From NCBI GenBank assembly GCA_051294375.1, contig CM119263.1:28192293-28256292 (forward strand): DNA of 64,000 bases, in the 5' to 3' direction. This DNA comes from Paraspadella gotoi (Eukaryota; Animalia; Chaetognatha). Positions 60,602-64,000 of the stretch are shown in pieces; the first letter of the stretch is position 1; each line of letters starts with the position of its first letter. The notes under the pieces were generated by a model that did not search any database, had not been told where the DNA came from, and was given only the letters and a program-made list of their open reading frames with translations. Position numbers and translations under genes: made by a program.

Positions 60602-61595
60602 AAAGGACGAAATAATTCTTATTGTAGAATATTCGATATTGAGGAAAGTGTTAAATTCTGGCCCGCTTTTTTTTTGATATTTGCATCCAATACCTCTTTC
60701 CATGATATTCCTCGATTATTTTACTTAGTATATAACACAGGTCACTCATTATAAAATATATATTTTAATTTTTTAATATTTTCATAATCAATAACTTGAT
60801 TGGACTGACTCTGACTGACTCTGACTGACTCTGACAGTAGTCATTGATTTGCCTTTGCTAAGAACCAGGAAACAGCTATACACTTTTTTGCTTTCTTTCA
60901 GTTCTCAGTCTGCACATATTATTCAATTACCTTCTCACCACTGGTTTGGTGCATTTCGTTACCACTCAATACACACTCAAGTTACTAAAATTATTGTTGA
61001 CTATCGAAAAGTTGCCGTAATCCTTGTCATTTTTGACCTAACGCGAATGTTCTGCAGACCCTTACAATACAAGGATGACTGGATGAAAAATCGTGCTATA
61101 TATCGACACTTGCTGGCCTTGGCTTTTGTTTTGTTTTTTCATACAAGTAATTTAATAGAAATTATTATTTGTATAAAAAATGTTGCATCAAATCGTTCTC
61201 CTCTATTTTACTACAATCAAAAGATAATTGTTGGCCTTAATTTGATTCATGATCTCATTCTAAACATCTGGTCAGTCACTAACCTAATTAAAATTAATAA
61301 AAAAATAAAAGAAATTAACTCCTCGGAATTTAAATTAAAATCCATTAAGAAAACGAATCAAATGAAGAAATGCTTAAAATTTTGTTTCTCTTTAGTTGTT
61401 CTTTTCTTTCTTAACTCATTTTTTGATCAAGTCTTAAATATTCTTATCTTTATCAATGTTTCAAATCAACTATTTCATTCCGTGAGAAAATTTTCCGAGC
61501 TTATTTTACATTTATGCCTTGGTATCTTTTTTATGATACCTGTTTTTCATTTTTTTCCAAAAACAAACCCGCTATTTTTATGTAAAAAATTTTGA
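60602..61595 (+). CDS. Divergent rhodopsin-like (class A) GPCR, single exon; 5' part has stops (pseudogene or sequence errors)
   Basis: 248-aa ORF with ~5 hydrophobic segments; TM3/ICL2-like VILVIFDLTRMFCRPLQYK; basic ICL3 then KKCLKFCFSLVVLFFL; upstream MKGRNNSYC..KIYILIFLIF in a broken frame. Confidence 0.5.
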
Positions 61596-63301
61596 TAATT
61601 TAAATAAAGTGTGCCCGAAACAACCATATTAGCAATGATCCCAATTCCCAAGTAAAAATCTACTATGAAATTAAATTCAAAACTTTAGTCTTGAAGTCTA
61701 CTTTCAGGTAAAAAAAAAAATTTTTACAAAAAGTTCGATTTTAATGCTTTTATTATTATATTATTATTTTTAAATTATTATTATTATTTTTAAATAAAAC
61801 ATTTTTAAAAAAGAAAGAAATATATATTTGTTTAAATAATAAAGATTAAATACTAAATCCTTCATAAAATATAAAAATAGAAAATAGTGAAATAAGTAAT
61901 TTGCAAATTTTCATTGCTATCAAAATTACAATATTAATTTATAATGATAACATTTTTTTTAATCAATCTTAACTTTTTTGATGGACTGACCTGGACCTAA
62001 AATATTTAATAAAAAATGGTAACTACAATTTCAAAAATTTTATGTTTTCTGTAGTAAAATTAAGAAAAATGGGAAAAAATTATTGATGATTATTAAAAGA
62101 AATTATGACTTTGGTTATTTATATGAATATGATGATGGATTGATGTGATTATGTATTATTAAAAAGAATGATTGATACTGTGTGGAACAACTTTGTTTAC
62201 CAACGCTACCTAAAATAAAAATATTTAAAAAAAATTTTATAGCCTTTGCCTATTTATGAAGCCATAAATATTAAAATATCCTAATGATGATGGGTGGTAG
62301 AAATTAATATTAACTTTTTTTGGTCTATATCAATTTTTAAAAAATAACATCTTTTACAATTTTACGTTGAGAGGTGCTTAAATTCAAATCTCTCCATCAC
62401 CTTACTGAGTTAGGTTACCCCATCCCAAGGCTTTCCACCCTTTCAGGATTTAATCATTACAAAATAAAGTTTTTTTTTAAAAAAAATTGGCAATAACTTT
62501 GCATTAACTTTCTATAAAAACATTTTAATTGCTACCAAATATGGCAATTTAATAATAAATATTGAACACAATCAATTTTTTTATAAAATAATGAGCTAAA
62601 AATTTAAAATATTATTGATTTTTACAGATATTTATAGATATTTTCATAAATTTGTTAAGAAGTCTGTTATGAATTGCTTTGTTATGATCTGTAGAATGTA
62701 GATATCACAAAGAATTGTAGTGATTATCATCTGTTTAGTTGATTACCGCTAAATTATAGAAGGCAGATCAGACATTGTTTGCTCAAACTTGTTTCTATAT
62801 TTTCTACTTTTTAGTTTTAATAAATTTTCCATGATTTTCAACTCCCAGTTTTTTGTTATAGGTTAAAATTATGTCTGCACCTACATAATCTTTTTGAAAT
62901 TACACATGTCAAAAAACTGATTTATGTCTTTTAAATACTCCCAGCTTTTTGCTTTTTGCTTTTCACTACTCACTTTTTAAAAAAATTGTCTTTAATCTCC
63001 ATTTTCTGTTTTTTATTTCAACCTAGCAGAAAAATTTTTATATTTTAAATTTTTTTGATTATTTTTGAAATTTTTTTAAACAATACAGTGTATTGTGATT
63101 GAATGTAGCAGTTATCAAATTTTGTCTGCACCTACTATTTTTGAAAATACACAAGTCAAAATAAGCGTGTTTTAAATAAAAAATTATATTAAAAAAAAAA
63201 ATTATTTTGAATTTTTTTTTAAACAAGAAGCATCAATTGAAGATATCTAAGGGCAATTATTGCATATTTAATGTGACATGACTGCATTGGCGGTATAAAA
63301 T

Positions 63302-63438
63302 TGAGGAGACAGAATAATTGTTATGAGTCAGTGATGAAAACGTTCAATACAAGCAGTTCCTAAGCTTAGGCTGTAAGATCATGTTACAGGCGGGTTCAAC
63401 TCCCTGTCCCGCTTCACTGTCGATTTTAGTCCCCTGTA
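63302..63438 (-). mobile_element. Degenerate solo LTR of the TRIM family lacking the tRNA-like cassette
   Basis: Reverse complement TACAGGGGACTAAAATC|GACAGTGAAGCGGGACAGGG...AACCCGCCTGTAACATG...CTGTCTCCTCA; flanks ATTC/ATTT. Confidence 0.6.
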
Positions 63439-64000
63439 GAATAGATAGATAGATACGCGATGCTCCATTAATGTGTTTTTTTTAACCATACAATCGAAAA
63501 ATTGAACCACACTGTGAAGTTTCTAGTACAACTTTCAGTGTTTTAACTGATTATCACAGTGTCGTTAATCAGATATTGTGGCCAATCCTAAATTTGCCTC
63601 CCGTATAGCTTGGTGAAACTCAGCTCGTCCCATTGGCTTGGACAGCTCAGTACTCGTTCACCAACCGTGAGATCCGGAAGTTAAATTTTACCATAAAACA
63701 ATTTTTTTTCCTTGCCATTAGTTAAAAGTCAAGTAATTGTTATTTTAAAAGCAATTACTTATCAGTATATTTTTTCAACCTATTATTTAAAAAGTTTTAT
63801 ATGGGCGTATGCTAAAATTGAGAAATTTAAAAAAAATTTATATATCAATGTTCTTTAGTCCAAGACTGTTCATGATTAACTATTTAAATTTTGATCTGTA
63901 ACTTTCACTACGCCTTACTGAGCACTAGGGATGTGATGTCGAATTTCCACACCCGACCAACTATGTCTATTTCATAAACTCTATCAGCGCTTTTCCCCCT

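Overview
AT-rich, intron-containing animal (invertebrate-like) genomic DNA from an error-prone draft assembly. Six gaps of exactly 25 N are flanked by indel-ridden direct or inverted duplicates, so much of the apparent duplication is probably gap-filling artefact. Manually spliced genes: (1) glycine amidinotransferase (GATM/AGAT, 3' part, present twice); (2) a ~15-exon WD40-repeat gene with a perfect RFX X-box upstream and a 6-nt microexon; (3) an antisense EamA/SLC35G-like transporter with an intronless CDS nested in a WD40 intron; (4) a convergent 9-exon TEX47-like gene; (5) a divergent rhodopsin-like GPCR ORF; (6) several orphan exon sets. Mobile DNA is dense and nested: hAT-, Tc1/mariner-, Harbinger- and Helentron-like non-autonomous elements, tRNA-SINEs and minimal Penelope-type hammerhead ribozyme motifs. 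The most unusual item is a ~640-bp TRIM-like LTR retroelement (52797-53432, plus solo LTRs). Its LTRs start TA rather than TG and carry a 72-nt tRNA(Gly)-like Pol III cassette. All calls are by eye; no database searches were run.
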